Made by a program: the position numbers and the translations under genes. A stretch of 64,000 nucleotides of DNA, taken from positions 55,021 to 119,020 of the forward strand of contig JAEEYE010000001.1 in NCBI GenBank assembly GCA_016291665.1, in the 5' to 3' direction. The DNA comes from Oxalobacter sp. GTDB lineage: Bacteria; Pseudomonadota; Gammaproteobacteria; Burkholderiales; Burkholderiaceae_D. Shown here in pieces: positions 63,901 to 64,000 of this stretch; within the stretch, counting starts at the first letter, position 1, and each line of letters begins with the position of its first letter. The notes under the pieces are model-generated. The model had not been told where the DNA came from. It saw nothing but the letters and a program-made list of their open reading frames with translations, and ran no database searches.

Positions 63901-64000
63901 AGCACAAATCATCTCCGCCCATGGACGGCATTACGTCGCTGAACATGATGGAACGACCATACAATGCATGCCTCGCGGCAAAAAAAGCAATGTAGCCGTC
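63884..64000 (+). CDS. rsgA: Ribosome small-subunit GTPase RsgA (3' end lies beyond the window)
   Basis: Manual translation [39 protein letters not shown] resembles the RsgA OB-fold N-terminus. Overlaps the M48 gene stop by 17 nt. Confidence 0.65.
   Translation, partial: MNDLLKAQIISAHGRHYVAEHDGTTIQCMPRGKKSNVAV

Overview
This is a 64-kb chromosomal segment that looks betaproteobacterial, judging by gene content, gene order and protein sequence. I ran no database search. Nearly everything is conserved housekeeping DNA, mostly on the minus strand.

Gene content in window order:
- ntrY-like kinase (5' partial), a short NtrX-like regulator and an aldo/keto reductase.
- The complete alpha-spc-S10 ribosomal-protein superoperon (rplQ to rpsJ, including rpmJ, which is missing from the ORF track). 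Upstream of it sit tuf and a tRNA-Tyr/Gly/Thr cluster with a strong sigma70-type promoter.
- cls.
- thiC-thiS-thiG behind a TPP riboswitch, then thiD-thiE.
- valS.
- A roughly 6.5-kb accessory islet (described below).
- DUF815 ATPase, argJ and secA.
- A DUF721/DciA-like gene.
- lpxC and a full dcw cluster (ftsZ to mraZ) in which murE and murF are fused.
- rnpB (RNase P RNA).
- An EEP-family gene, waaA, orn, an M48 peptidase and the start of rsgA.

The only non-housekeeping region is 28.7-35.2 kb.
- It encodes a 1,684-aa protein with a DUF4011-like N-terminus, a Upf1-like SF1 helicase, a Vsr/DUF559-like nuclease and a DUF3320-like tail. As far as I recall, this resembles the single-gene Hhe defence protein.
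- That gene is tightly packed with two small ORFs: a Sec-exported lipocalin-like protein and an acidic 76-aa helical protein.
- A His/Cys-rich exported protein is transcribed divergently.
- This three- or four-gene module is my best candidate for an undescribed system. The functional link between its genes is inferred from spacing alone.

Other points worth a second look:
- The tRNA-tuf block joined directly to rpsJ.
- The murE-murF fusion.
- The NtrX-like regulator without an AAA+ domain.
- A hairpin-dense rpsJ-rplC spacer.

I found no CRISPR arrays, IS elements, integrases or prophage genes.
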